DNA of 64,000 nt, from contig JBAYHH010000001.1 of NCBI GenBank assembly GCA_041666265.1, positions 72,056 to 136,055 of the forward strand, given 5' to 3'. Positions 35,910 to 48,710 of the stretch are shown piece after piece (positions within the stretch are counted from its first letter, which is position 1; every line of letters begins with the position of its first letter). The stretch is from Candidatus Magasanikiibacteriota bacterium. GTDB taxonomy: Bacteria; Patescibacteriota; Patescibacteriia; Magasanikbacterales; GWA2-37-8. The notes under the pieces are model-generated. The model worked only from the letters and a program-made list of their open reading frames with translations, was not told the origin of the DNA and did not search any database. Position numbers and translations under genes: made by a program.

Positions 35910-37281
35910 CCACTGCGCCGTCATTGGTGTCCTTGACATTATATCCGAGCGTCTCGAGTTTTTCCCGCAGTTCGTCGGATAATCGCCAGTCTTTATTCGC
36001 CCGCGCTCGATCGCGTTCGGCGATTAACATTTTGATGCTATCCGGCAAATCAGATTTTGGCTCTGAAAGTCTGGCAATTTGCCTTTTTAAATCCAACCCC
36101 AATACCTCGTCAATCAAAAAGGCTGTTTTTTGTCCAATTATTTTTTTGTTAAGCGCGTTCCAGAGTAGGCCGAGCGCTTCCGGTATATTTAGGTCATCAT
36201 TAATGAGAGAGATGAACTGCTCAATAAATTTTTTTTCTTGCGCGCCATCGACGACAGTCGGAATATGCGCGATCGCGTTTACCAATCGTTCCAATCCGGT
36301 TTGAGCCGACGCGACCGCGTCCCAAGAAAACATCAATTGCTTGCGGTAATGCGTTTGCAATAATAGATAGCGATAGGACAGGGGTCCAAAACTCTTGTTT
36401 TTTAAGACCTGCAAAGTCAAAAAGTTGTCACCGGATTTGGCCATCTTATCTCCATTCGCGATTATCAAAAATTCACCATGCATCCAGTAATTGGCCAATG
36501 CTGTGCCTTCAGCCGCTTCGCTTTGAGCGATCTCGTTGGTGTGATGAACCGGCACATGATCAATACCGCCGCAATGGATATCAAAAGGCTGGCCAAGATG
36601 TTTGGTCGCCATGGCGCTGCATTCCACATGCCAACCCGGGAAACCGATGCCCCAGGGGCTGTCCCATTCCATCTGGCGTTTGACGAGCGGTGGAGAAAAT
36701 TTCCAAAGCGCGAAATCGGCCGGGTTGATTTTGTCGCCAACGCCTACTCGCACGCCGGCGCGTAAATCTTGTTTTTTGAGATTGGCCAGCTTGCCGTAGT
36801 CCGCAAGTTTGGTGGTATCAAAATATATTCCATCCAAAGTTTGATAAGTAAATCCTTTTTTCTCCAATTTTTTGATCAGCCCAATTTGTTCCTTGACATA
36901 TTCAGTCGCTCGGCACCAGATGTCCGGCTCTTCAATATTTAATTCCTGCATGTCGCTTCGAAACGCTTCGGTATAAAAATCCGCGATTTGCCAGGCGGTT
37001 TTACCTTCGCGAATAGCGCCTTTTTCCATTTTATCATCGCCCTCATCGGCATCGCTGGTCAGGTGGCCGACATCAGTGATATTCATGACATGTTTCACTT
37101 TGAGGCCGTTAAATTTCAAAACCCGCTTCAAAATATCTTCAAAAACATAAGTGCGCAAATTACCAATGTGCGCGAAATTATATACCGTCGGTCCGCAAGT
37201 ATACAAACCCACCCGGCCTTTTTTAATCGGCTTAAATTCTTCGATTTGACGCGACATGGTATTGTATAGTTTGATCGGCAT
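35887..37281 (-). CDS. cysS: cysteinyl-tRNA synthetase
   Basis: HIGN (HIGH-type) motif in LYTCGPTVYNFAHIGNLR, KMAKSGDN (KMSKS); start set at MPIKLYNT (37281), shorter than the ORF-track start. Confidence 0.9.
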   Translation of the reverse strand: MPIKLYNTMSRQIEEFKPIKKGRVGLYTCGPTVYNFAHIGNLRTYVFEDILKRVLKFNGLKVKHVMNITDVGHLTSDADEGDDKMEKGAIREGKTAWQIADFYTEAFRSDMQELNIEEPDIWCRATEYVKEQIGLIKKLEKKGFTYQTLDGIYFDTTKLADYGKLANLKKQDLRAGVRVGVGDKINPADFALWKFSPPLVKRQMEWDSPWGIGFPGWHVECSAMATKHLGQPFDIHCGGIDHVPVHHTNEIAQSEAAEGTALANYWMHGEFLIIANGDKMAKSGDNFLTLQVLKNKSFGPLSYRYLLLQTHYRKQLMFSWDAVASAQTGLERLVNAIAHIPTVVDGAQEKKFIEQFISLINDDLNIPEALGLLWNALNKKIIGQKTAFLIDEVLGLDLKRQIARLSEPKSDLPDSIKMLIAERDRARANKDWRLSDELREKLETLGYNVKDTNDGAVVTSNFVS

Positions 37282-37380
37282 AAAAAATTCAATTATTACC
37301 ATCATAGTATATCCTAACCCGCTGAACTTATCAACAGGGTGGGTGGCGGAGTGGGTGGAAAAATGGTATAATGAAATCAT

Positions 37381-38541
37381 ATGTCATTATTCTTTCAACC
37401 AAAATCAGGTCTCGGGGTTGATTTGGGCGCGGGCGGGGTCAAGCTTGTCGAGTTGCGTCAGATCAAACATCGTCCGGTATTACAGACATACGGCTATACT
37501 TCCGAGGCGGATAAAAATGCCGTGCAGTTGGATAATTTTTTTCGCGCGGTGACGGCGCAGTCTCTATTGGAGCGCAAAAATACCGAGCGGGTCAGAGTGG
37601 ATAGTGTCTTGGCTGCGGATATGTATTTCAGCGACGCGCAGGTCAAAGAACACGCCGGGATTTTGAAGGCTGTATACAAACAGAGCAAAGCTACCGCCAA
37701 ATCCGCCGTGGTTAGTTTGCCGGCCTCGGCTGTTTTTCACACCCTCGTCACGATTCCCAAGACCGATAAAGAAGAATTCAATTCAATTTTGCGCGCCGAA
37801 GTTAAAAAATTATTGCCAATGTCTCTATCGGACATGATGCTTGATTACCAGATTTTGCCGGGTGCCAAAGAAGACAAAAATCAACGCGTCCTCGTCAATG
37901 CCGTGCCTCGGTCGCTCGTGGTGTTTTATTCCCAAGTATTTAAACGCGCCAATCTCAAGCTCGACGCGCTCGAGCCCGAGTCCACTGCGCTCGCGCGTTC
38001 GCTTGTCGGGCGTGACAATTGCCTCGCTATGATTGTGGACATTGGCGCTGAGCGCACGAATTTTTTTATCGTGGATCAAGGAGTGCCCGTGACTCATCAT
38101 AGCTTAGAGATCGGCGGTACTCGTTTCGGCGCGATTTTACGCGATACTCTCGGTATTGATGAAAATTTGGTCGAACAAGTGAAATATGATTTGTCGGTCT
38201 ATGTGGAGCAGTTGAGCGATCAGCTATCTTCATCCGCCGATTTTTTAAAGATTTTTATGCCGGTAGTGGAGCCTATTACCAAAGAGATCCGATATGGTTT
38301 TGATTTGTATCTGCATCAGATGGTCAATGAGGGTAAACGACCGGAAAAAATTATTTTGACCGGCGGCGGGTCTCTTTTGCCATACTTATCCGAGTATTTC
38401 GCAGATCAATTTAAAATAAAATGCTATGTTGGCGATCCGTGGGCGCGCGTGATTTATCAAGATGGCCTGCGTCCGCTTTTGAGCAAGATTGGCCCGCGCC
38501 TGTCGTCATCTATTGGACTGGCTTTGCGCGATATGGTATAA
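37381..38541 (+). CDS. pilM: type IV pilus assembly protein PilM (actin-like ATPase)
   Basis: GLGVDLGAGGVKLVEL N-terminus; 386 aa actin/HSP70 fold. Confidence 0.75.
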   Translation: MSLFFQPKSGLGVDLGAGGVKLVELRQIKHRPVLQTYGYTSEADKNAVQLDNFFRAVTAQSLLERKNTERVRVDSVLAADMYFSDAQVKEHAGILKAVYKQSKATAKSAVVSLPASAVFHTLVTIPKTDKEEFNSILRAEVKKLLPMSLSDMMLDYQILPGAKEDKNQRVLVNAVPRSLVVFYSQVFKRANLKLDALEPESTALARSLVGRDNCLAMIVDIGAERTNFFIVDQGVPVTHHSLEIGGTRFGAILRDTLGIDENLVEQVKYDLSVYVEQLSDQLSSSADFLKIFMPVVEPITKEIRYGFDLYLHQMVNEGKRPEKIILTGGGSLLPYLSEYFADQFKIKCYVGDPWARVIYQDGLRPLLSKIGPRLSSSIGLALRDMV

Positions 38542-38589
38542 TTATTCTTAAGGGAAAAAGGGGTCCCGCTTTTTTAGAGTAAATACATT

Positions 38590-38976
38590 ATGACGAATAA
38601 TAGCGACACAACCGTATTGATAGTTGAGGATGATGTTTTTCTTTCTCAAATTTATCAAAAAAAGTTTGAGATAGAAGGGTTTAAATTGGTTACCGCCGAC
38701 AATGGCGAGAAAGCTTTTACCGAGGCCAAAAAGAAAAAACCGGATATTATTTTGTTGGATATTCTTTTGCCCAAGATGGACGGATTCGCGGTTTTGGAAA
38801 AAATAAAAAACGATCGCGAAATTCAGAATATTCCGGTGATACTTTTGACCAATCTCGGGCAAAAAGAAGATGTGGACAAGGGGCTTGAGGTGGGCGCGGC
38901 CGACTATCTCATCAAAGCGCATGTCAAACCCTCGGAAGTGGTGGATAGAGTGCGAAAGATTCTGAATTTAAAATAG
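38590..38976 (+). CDS. single-domain response regulator (CheY-like receiver)
   Basis: LIVEDD...DIILLDILLPKMDG with conserved Asp pocket and Lys. Confidence 0.8.
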   Translation: MTNNSDTTVLIVEDDVFLSQIYQKKFEIEGFKLVTADNGEKAFTEAKKKKPDIILLDILLPKMDGFAVLEKIKNDREIQNIPVILLTNLGQKEDVDKGLEVGAADYLIKAHVKPSEVVDRVRKILNLK

Positions 38977-39042
38977 TAATAATCGTATAAGGTTGCGCAA
39001 GCAACAATACATTATGCAAAAATTTCGAAAGGGGGTGAGAAT

Positions 39043-39465
39043 ATGAATAAGAAAGGTTTTACTTTAATCGAATTATTGGTGGTCATCGCCATTATCGGTT
39101 TGTTGTCCACTCTTGCTGTGGTCGCTTTGGGACAAGCGCGCTTAAAGGCTCGTGATTCCAAAAGACTCGCCGATCTCAAGCAAGTCCAAACCGCTTTGGA
39201 GCTATATTACACGGATAACAATGCTTATCCGACTGGTTCCGGGCTGTCTTTGGGTGTGGACGCTGGTGCTAAATGCTTGGACAATGAAGGGTTCGATGCC
39301 ACTTGTGGCGCGAATGCTTATATGGGCCTGGTTCCGAAAGATCCGTCCACCGGCACCTATATCTATACTGCCGCTTCCAGCTCATACTCAGTAGTTGCCG
39401 CTCTCGAGGGCAATGTCAATGGTTTGGATGGCGCTATCACCTTATCTCCGGCCGGAATTCAATAA
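39043..39465 (+). CDS. type IV pilin / pseudopilin (N-terminal methylation motif)
   Basis: KGFTLIELLVVIAIIGLL prepilin class III signal with Gly-Phe cleavage site and Glu+5. Confidence 0.85.
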   Translation: MNKKGFTLIELLVVIAIIGLLSTLAVVALGQARLKARDSKRLADLKQVQTALELYYTDNNAYPTGSGLSLGVDAGAKCLDNEGFDATCGANAYMGLVPKDPSTGTYIYTAASSSYSVVAALEGNVNGLDGAITLSPAGIQ

Positions 39466-39478
39466 TTATATTTCGGGA

Positions 39479-39525
39479 AACCACTTCACTCCGAGAATTC
39501 GGGACTGGAGTGGTTTTTGTTTTTA
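39479..39525 (+). terminator. rho-independent terminator after the pilin gene
   Basis: imperfect 12-bp stem CCACTTCACTCC...GGACTGGAGTGG with loop around an EcoRI-like GAATTC, followed by TTTTTGTTTTT. Confidence 0.55.
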
Positions 39526-39590
39526 GGTATTTGAAATATTAGTAAATATTTGATATAATAAGCGGGTATCATATACTCAATTTTCAAAAT

Positions 39591-42881
<3,291 letters not shown>

Positions 42882-42987
42882 AATAAAGCCTATTGACAAA
42901 ATATCGTGTTTTTGCTATACTTAGACCACTATTTGAAATTCCGCGGAGTTTATCTTAGACCGTGGATGCGTAATTAATTAAAATTTT

Positions 42988-43293
42988 ATGTTCGCAGTAA
43001 TTGCTACCGGTGGTAAACAATATTTAGTGAAATCCGGCGATACTCTCAAAGTTGAAAAATTGGCTGTGAGTGAAGGTGAGAAATTCGCTTTTGACCAGGT
43101 TTTGATGACCGCCAAAGACGACGGTTCTGATGCCAAAGTCGGCACGCCGTATTTAGCGGGTGTAAAAGTGGAAGCCACTATCGTCAAACAAGGAAAAAAC
43201 CGCACCTTACTGGTAGAAAAATTCAAAAATAAAATTCGTTATCACAAAGCTCATGGCCAGCGCCAGAGATTTACGGAAGTGAAGATCGCTTAG
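42988..43293 (+). CDS. rplU: 50S ribosomal protein L21
   Basis: MFAVIATGGKQYLVKSGDTLKVEKL; 101 aa. Confidence 0.9.
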   Translation: MFAVIATGGKQYLVKSGDTLKVEKLAVSEGEKFAFDQVLMTAKDDGSDAKVGTPYLAGVKVEATIVKQGKNRTLLVEKFKNKIRYHKAHGQRQRFTEVKIA

Positions 43294-43302
43294 TTATAAA
43301 AT

Positions 43303-43357
43303 AAAAAAACGGAGTAGAATACAATGAAAAAAATATTCTACTCCGTTTTTTTATTTT
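43303..43357. terminator. bidirectional terminator shared by rplU(+) and recR(-)
   Basis: AACGGAGTAGAATA-caatgaaaaaaa-TATTCTACTCCGTT flanked by A-run and T-run. Confidence 0.75.
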
Positions 43358-43953
43358 CGGTTTTTGAGCGCGGAAGCGAGGGTGATCTCGTCGGCGTATT
43401 GGAGATCGGATCCCATCGGCAGTCCGCGGGCGAGGCGAGTGACAATAATTTTTGGATTGATTTTTTTGATCGTTTTTTCCAGATACATCGCGGTGGTTTC
43501 ACCGGGTAAATCCGGATTAAGAGCCAAGATGATTTCTTGAATAGTTGTTTTGGCGCTCGGATGCGCGCGTTTGAGCAGCTCGCGAATTTTTGTTTTTAAA
43601 AAATTTTCTTCATCGGCGATCTCAATCACTCCGCGGAGCACATGATAAACTCCGCGATGAGCGCCGGATTTTTCTATCGCCGGCACATCTTGGGGATCAG
43701 CGACTACACAAACGATAGTGTGGTCGCGCTTCGAGTCTTTGCAAGTATGACAAGGCGATGTATCCGCGAAATTCCAACAAATTTCACAACTTTTGGTATT
43801 TTTGAGCAATTCATCCAAGGCGGATTTTAATTCATTGACTTCACCCTTGCCGCCTTTGAGCAAACTAAAGACATACCGTTCAGCAGTGCGTTCGCCAACC
43901 GATGGTAGTTTTTTTAGGGCGTGGATGAGGTTGGTGATTGTCCGGGAGTACAT
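43351..43953 (-). CDS. recR: recombination protein RecR
   Basis: HhH LPSVGERTAER, C4 zinc finger CEIC...C..C, Toprim domain. Confidence 0.9.
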   Translation of the reverse strand: MYSRTITNLIHALKKLPSVGERTAERYVFSLLKGGKGEVNELKSALDELLKNTKSCEICWNFADTSPCHTCKDSKRDHTIVCVVADPQDVPAIEKSGAHRGVYHVLRGVIEIADEENFLKTKIRELLKRAHPSAKTTIQEIILALNPDLPGETTAMYLEKTIKKINPKIIVTRLARGLPMGSDLQYADEITLASALKNRK

Positions 43954-44043
43954 AGTTATCGATTTTAAATAAGATAATTCTTCGACGCAGTGAATTTTTC
44001 GAAAAATTCAAGCGTCTCAGAACTATCTTATTTAAAATCTCAA

Positions 44044-44358
44044 TTATTTCATCCCCGGCAGTCCCAATCCTTCCAACCCGCCCATTTCCTGCATCTTGCT
44101 CGCCATCACGCGTTGAATTTTTTTGATTGCGTCCGCGTGCGCGTCTTTAATGGCTGTTTGAAGTTTTTCTTTTTTGGTCGGATTGAGCAAATCATCAGCG
44201 ATCGATAATCCGGTAATCGACATGTTGCCATCCATGGTTAAGACCACGCTGTCGCCGGCCGCACGCACAGTTACCGACTCTTTAGACATTACACCCTGGA
44301 TTTTTTTTCCTTGTTCGCGTAAATCTTTAAACTGTTTTAGTTTGTTGAGTAATGACAT
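44044..44358 (-). CDS. ybaB: nucleoid-associated protein YbaB/EbfC
   Basis: 104 aa; MSLLNKLKQFKDLREQGKKIQ... matches the YbaB family. Confidence 0.85.
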   Translation of the reverse strand: MSLLNKLKQFKDLREQGKKIQGVMSKESVTVRAAGDSVVLTMDGNMSITGLSIADDLLNPTKKEKLQTAIKDAHADAIKKIQRVMASKMQEMGGLEGLGLPGMK

Positions 44359-44393
44359 AAAATACGATTATGATTAAAATTTTTTAAGAATTA

Positions 44394-45881
44394 TTAATAA
44401 ACCGGATCGGGCGCGCTCGCGGTGGCGGAATAATTCGGTTTAGTAAAAGCGGATTTGGGCTTGAGCGCGGGTGCGACCGGAGCGCTGGCTGTGGGAGTAG
44501 GAGTGTGAAATTGTTTATCCATACTGCGAAAACTGGTGGTCGGTTCGTTAAAAATCAATTTTACCAAACCGGTTGGTCCGTTGCGGTGTTTGGCGATGTG
44601 AATTTCCGCCAAAAAGCGTTCATCGGGCGGAATATCTTCGACGCGGTAATTGCGATCGGCTGATTTACGGTAGATAAATAATACCACATCCGCGTCTTGT
44701 TCGATAGACCCCGACTCGCGCAAGTGAGATAATTTCGGAATGGCCGGTTTGCTCTGCTCGACCGCGCGCGATAGCTGTGACAAGGCGAGCACGGGCACAT
44801 TAAGCTCGCGCGCGATGCCTTTTAGTCCGCGCGTGATTTCCGCGACCTCTTGCACGCGATTTTCCTCCTTATTTTTTCCGCGCGATTCCATCAGCTGTAA
44901 ATAATCGATTACGATTAGTCCGAGCCCATGCTCCATTTGCAGGCGACGCGCTTTAGTGCGTATTTGCATGACATTGACATTGGGGGTGTCGTCGATAAAA
45001 ATCGGCGCTTCCGACAGTGTGCCCATCGCGTGGCCGATGCGGGGAAAATCGTCGGATTCAGGTCGATCAGAAAGCCGACCGGTGCGCATGCGCCACAGAT
45101 CGATGCCGGCTTCGGCGCAAAGTAATTTATCCACCAATTGTTCTTTGCTCATTTCCAGTGAAAACATACCCACCGCCTTTTTTTGTTTGGTGCCGACATG
45201 GCGCACGATATCGAGCGCGAGCGAGGTTTTGCCCACACTGGGACGAGCCGCCAAAATCACCAAATCGGATTTTTGCAATCCGGCGAGCAAATTATCGAGA
45301 TCGGTAAAACCGGTCGGCACGCCTCGTAATTGACCTTTATTGCGATGCAGTTCGTCGATTCGGTCGAAAGCATCGGCCAAAACACTGCGAATGGGCGCGA
45401 ACGCCTGTTTCATAAAAACCTGCGACACGCCAAAAATTTGTTTCTGGGCGTCGTCTAACACTTTTTCCACATCGCCGTCGTCCTCTTGAAAGCTCAATCG
45501 AGTAATTTCTTGCGAAGCGGCGAGCAGGCGTCGGCGCGTGGCCTTGCGGTGCACGATTTCGGCATAGTGCACAGCATTGCTTGAGGTCGCGACCACATTG
45601 GTGAGAGTGGCGAGGTAAGTGCGCCCGCCCACTGATTCGAGGATTCCTTTTTCTTCGAGGCGATTGGATAAAGTCAATAAATCAATCGGTTCGTTTTTCG
45701 CGTAAAGCTCGACAATCACTTCGTAAATGCGGCGATGACCGTCTTTGTAAAAATCTTCCGGACCGACAATATCTGATACGCGCAACATGGTGTCTTTGTC
45801 AATCAAAATAGAGCCTAAAAGGGACATTTCGGCTTCGATATTTTGGGGAGGAATCCGTTCGAGATTGGTGATATCAGACAT
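44394..45881 (-). CDS. dnaB: replicative DNA helicase DnaB
   Basis: N-terminal PPQNIEAEMSLLGSIL, Walker A AARPSVGKTS, RecA-like C-terminal domain. Confidence 0.9.
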   Translation of the reverse strand: MSDITNLERIPPQNIEAEMSLLGSILIDKDTMLRVSDIVGPEDFYKDGHRRIYEVIVELYAKNEPIDLLTLSNRLEEKGILESVGGRTYLATLTNVVATSSNAVHYAEIVHRKATRRRLLAASQEITRLSFQEDDGDVEKVLDDAQKQIFGVSQVFMKQAFAPIRSVLADAFDRIDELHRNKGQLRGVPTGFTDLDNLLAGLQKSDLVILAARPSVGKTSLALDIVRHVGTKQKKAVGMFSLEMSKEQLVDKLLCAEAGIDLWRMRTGRLSDRPESDDFPRIGHAMGTLSEAPIFIDDTPNVNVMQIRTKARRLQMEHGLGLIVIDYLQLMESRGKNKEENRVQEVAEITRGLKGIARELNVPVLALSQLSRAVEQSKPAIPKLSHLRESGSIEQDADVVLFIYRKSADRNYRVEDIPPDERFLAEIHIAKHRNGPTGLVKLIFNEPTTSFRSMDKQFHTPTPTASAPVAPALKPKSAFTKPNYSATASAPDPVY

Positions 45882-46084
45882 ATGACTACATCATATCTAA
45901 TTACTCGTAACCCCGCAAGCGGGGAGGTGTGAGCAATTTGGGGAGAGAGTGTGAGGAATTATAATGGGTAGGCCAAGCTGATATTTAATTGAGCGGGTTA
46001 TGGTCCCGCAGGACCATCCCCGAGCGCTCGCGCGCGAGGAAAGTGAATGAGTATGTCAATTTTGGCTAAAAGAAGTCGAAGCTC

Positions 46085-46113
46085 TTGAAAATATATCATG
46101 GACATGATAGGAT
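46085..46113 (+). promoter_or_regulatory. candidate promoter TTGAAA-17-TAGGAT for tRNA-Pro
   Basis: -35 at 46085-46090, -10 at 46108-46113, tRNA 5' end at 46125. Confidence 0.4.
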
Positions 46114-46124
46114 GATGTGGCAAT

Positions 46125-46200
46125 CGGGCTGTAGCTCAGTTGGTAGAGCGCGTGCATGGGGTGCATGAGGCCGCAGGTTCAAGTCCTGTCAGCCCGACCA
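46125..46200 (+). tRNA. tRNA-Pro(GGG), CCA encoded
   Basis: CGGGCTG acceptor, D-arm GCTCAGTTGGTAGAGC, anticodon stem CGTGC/GCATG with loop ATGGGGT (GGG), T-arm GCAGG-TTCAAGT-CCTGT, 3' ACCA. Confidence 0.8.
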
Positions 46201-46205
46201 AGGTT

Positions 46206-48272
46206 ATGCTTTCAACCATCAAAATATTATCAAATTTGTCCGCTCGACGATTTTTGGTTAAATTTTTTAATTTTGAAGACAATGGCCGGACCGGTTGGCT
46301 GGGGATTTTGCTAATATTATCACTATCGTCTTTTGTTTTGGGGGCGATTAGCGTGTTTTATAAATTAACCGCGGGAGCGATCACCGGCGGTTTTATTTTT
46401 GTCGGTATATTGTTGGTCGGCTTAAATATTTGGTCGCGTCATTTGAAATGGGCGCCGACTAATAATAATACTGTCAATCAAAATTTCGCCATGCGTCCAC
46501 CCGGGTTTTTGTTGGCTATTATTTTATTTTTGCTCATAATGGTCGGCCTGTATTTATTACATCGATCCGAAACGACTTTGCCAATATTATCACCATGGCA
46601 GGAGATTACCCCCTCATATATATATGTATTTTTCGGGGCGACTGTTATCGCGGGTTTTTTGATTTTTACGCGATTAAGCGTTAAAACACTTTTGGTTTTA
46701 CTGGCCGGATATTTATTTTTACAGCACAGTTATTTACCCCTGTCTCATCAATTGTTTTATGGTGCCGACCAGTGGCGTCATCTGGCCACCGAGGTGCGCA
46801 TGGTTAGAGAGTTACCGATTGAGATTGCTTCGCCCGATGTGACCAAGCCGTTATTTTTGACTACTGCCCCGGGAAATGTTTTTTATAGTAATTTTTGGGC
46901 CGTGAGCGCGGTATTGGTTCGGGTTTTCAATTTTGATTTGATCAGTATAGTAAAATGGTTCATGCCGATAGTATGGTCACTATTTATTCCGGTTTTATTA
47001 TTTGAGCTGGGGCGCGCGCTAAATTTTACCAAAAAAGAATCATTGTTTTTAGTCTGGCTTTCGGCGTTGCCGTTTGCTTTACAATTTGCCGGAGCAGTGA
47101 CTGTGCCCAATAGTTTCGGATTGGTAATCTGGTTATTTTTTGTTTTGGCGATGATAAAAATAGGCGATAGATGGCGTTGGCAACAGTTGACTGTATTAGC
47201 GGCGACAGGGATCGCTTCAATTTTTGGTTACGGATTGTATGTGCTGTTGTATTGGGTCGGGCTATCGGTGTTCATGATTTTGACCGGGCGGGTCGATGTA
47301 TTGCAAAAATTTAATTCGGCCAAAAAAGGGATTTTAATGGCTTTGGTGGCGGTGTCAATTCCGGCAGTTGAAATAATTGTTAAATACAGTAATTGGCCGA
47401 AGGATATCAATATTTTAGCGTCGGTCAAACAATTCATCGGTAATCTGCTCGGATGGTATCTGTCAACCGGACCGCGTCCGCACGATATCACCGGTGGTAA
47501 TATAATTTTCAATCAAATTCCCGTTTCATCTTTTACTTCCAATATATTTACCCATAATTTATGGTGGGTAGTGGTATTTATGGTTTGTATGTGGGCGGTA
47601 ATCGCGTTCGGCTGGATCAAAACTTGGCGCGCCAAAAATGTGGCCGAAAATTGGATAGCGATTATGTCAGTCGGAGTTTTGGGCGCTTATTTTATCGGCC
47701 GATATATTTTGGTCGGCGCCTCGATCATCAGTCGTCGTTTGGACGGCGTGTTGGCGATATTTTTGATAGTTTTATTATTATTTGGCATCAAAGAAATCGT
47801 TCGAGTATTTTCTGATAAATTTACCAGTCAATCAATCAGGGGAGTAGTAGTTTTTTCAACCACCATCATATTTTCTGTGGCTATCACTGCCTCATATAGT
47901 CTTGGTCCGGATTTGCCATCGGTCGGCGTAGATCAATATAATGCCGCCAAATATGTTTGGGAAGAGGGTGGGCGATGTGTGATCGCCGATCCGTATACGC
48001 TCTTACCGCTTGAATATTATTCTCAAAAACAAGTGGTGGGCGGGGGTTTTCCGATGGAGCAGTATTTCGGTCAACCGCAACTGTTGGAATTACTATCTGA
48101 AATGAAGGCTGACCCCGATCCAAGTGTTTGGGACAAAGCGCGCGCTCTTACCGGTGTTGATCGCTGTTTTTTTGTTGCCAACACCAAAGAAATTCATTAT
48201 AATGATTATACCTATAAAGAAGGTGGCCGCTGGAAAATTTTTGGCGATATAATAGTTTGGCGAAGTAATTAA
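46206..48272 (+). CDS. large polytopic membrane protein (~14 TM) with a C-terminal extracytoplasmic domain; possible GT-C-type glycosyltransferase
   Basis: start trimmed to ATG 46206 (MLSTIK...) so it does not overlap tRNA-Pro; many hydrophobic helices; the GADQWRH loop motif loosely resembles GT-C first-loop acidic motifs. Confidence 0.5.
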   Translation: MLSTIKILSNLSARRFLVKFFNFEDNGRTGWLGILLILSLSSFVLGAISVFYKLTAGAITGGFIFVGILLVGLNIWSRHLKWAPTNNNTVNQNFAMRPPGFLLAIILFLLIMVGLYLLHRSETTLPILSPWQEITPSYIYVFFGATVIAGFLIFTRLSVKTLLVLLAGYLFLQHSYLPLSHQLFYGADQWRHLATEVRMVRELPIEIASPDVTKPLFLTTAPGNVFYSNFWAVSAVLVRVFNFDLISIVKWFMPIVWSLFIPVLLFELGRALNFTKKESLFLVWLSALPFALQFAGAVTVPNSFGLVIWLFFVLAMIKIGDRWRWQQLTVLAATGIASIFGYGLYVLLYWVGLSVFMILTGRVDVLQKFNSAKKGILMALVAVSIPAVEIIVKYSNWPKDINILASVKQFIGNLLGWYLSTGPRPHDITGGNIIFNQIPVSSFTSNIFTHNLWWVVVFMVCMWAVIAFGWIKTWRAKNVAENWIAIMSVGVLGAYFIGRYILVGASIISRRLDGVLAIFLIVLLLFGIKEIVRVFSDKFTSQSIRGVVVFSTTIIFSVAITASYSLGPDLPSVGVDQYNAAKYVWEEGGRCVIADPYTLLPLEYYSQKQVVGGGFPMEQYFGQPQLLELLSEMKADPDPSVWDKARALTGVDRCFFVANTKEIHYNDYTYKEGGRWKIFGDIIVWRSN

Positions 48273-48291
48273 TTTTTTAAAATTAAATTTT

Positions 48292-48693
48292 ATGGATTGC
48301 CTATTTTGTAAAATCATCGCCGGTGAAATTCCGTGCCATAAAGTTTTTGAAAATGAAAGCGTGTTGGCCTTTTTGGATATCCACCCTTGTTCGAAGGGTC
48401 ACACCGTAGTGATCCCCAAAAATCACGCCAAAAATATCGAAGAAATTTCGAGTGATGATTGGCAAAAATTAGCCGTGGGATTAAAAATCGCGGTCGCGCG
48501 GGTGCAGGAAGTTTTGAAACCGGCTGGTATGAATATTGGATTGAATAACAATGAAGTTGCGGGACAAGCGGTTCCGCATATTCACTATCATATTATTCCG
48601 CGCTACGATGGCGATGGGGGAGGAAGTATGCATTCCATCGTGCGCGCGCCCGTCTTTCCGCCAGTATCCGATGTGGCCAAGCTGTTTGAATAG
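48292..48693 (+). CDS. HIT-family (histidine triad) nucleotide hydrolase
   Basis: HIHYHIIPR histidine-triad motif; 133 aa. Confidence 0.85.
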   Translation: MDCLFCKIIAGEIPCHKVFENESVLAFLDIHPCSKGHTVVIPKNHAKNIEEISSDDWQKLAVGLKIAVARVQEVLKPAGMNIGLNNNEVAGQAVPHIHYHIIPRYDGDGGGSMHSIVRAPVFPPVSDVAKLFE

Positions 48694-48710
48694 TGGTATA
48701 ATATACCCAT

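Noticed and set aside
36465-36800. Cluster of short ORFs in several frames inside cysS
   Set aside because: All lie within the well-supported cysS coding region; they are alternative-frame artefacts.
46140-46205. N-terminal 22 codons of the 710-aa ORF (MVERVHGVHEAAGSSPVSPTKV)
   Set aside because: These codons are the tRNA-Pro gene read as protein. The start was moved to ATG 46206.
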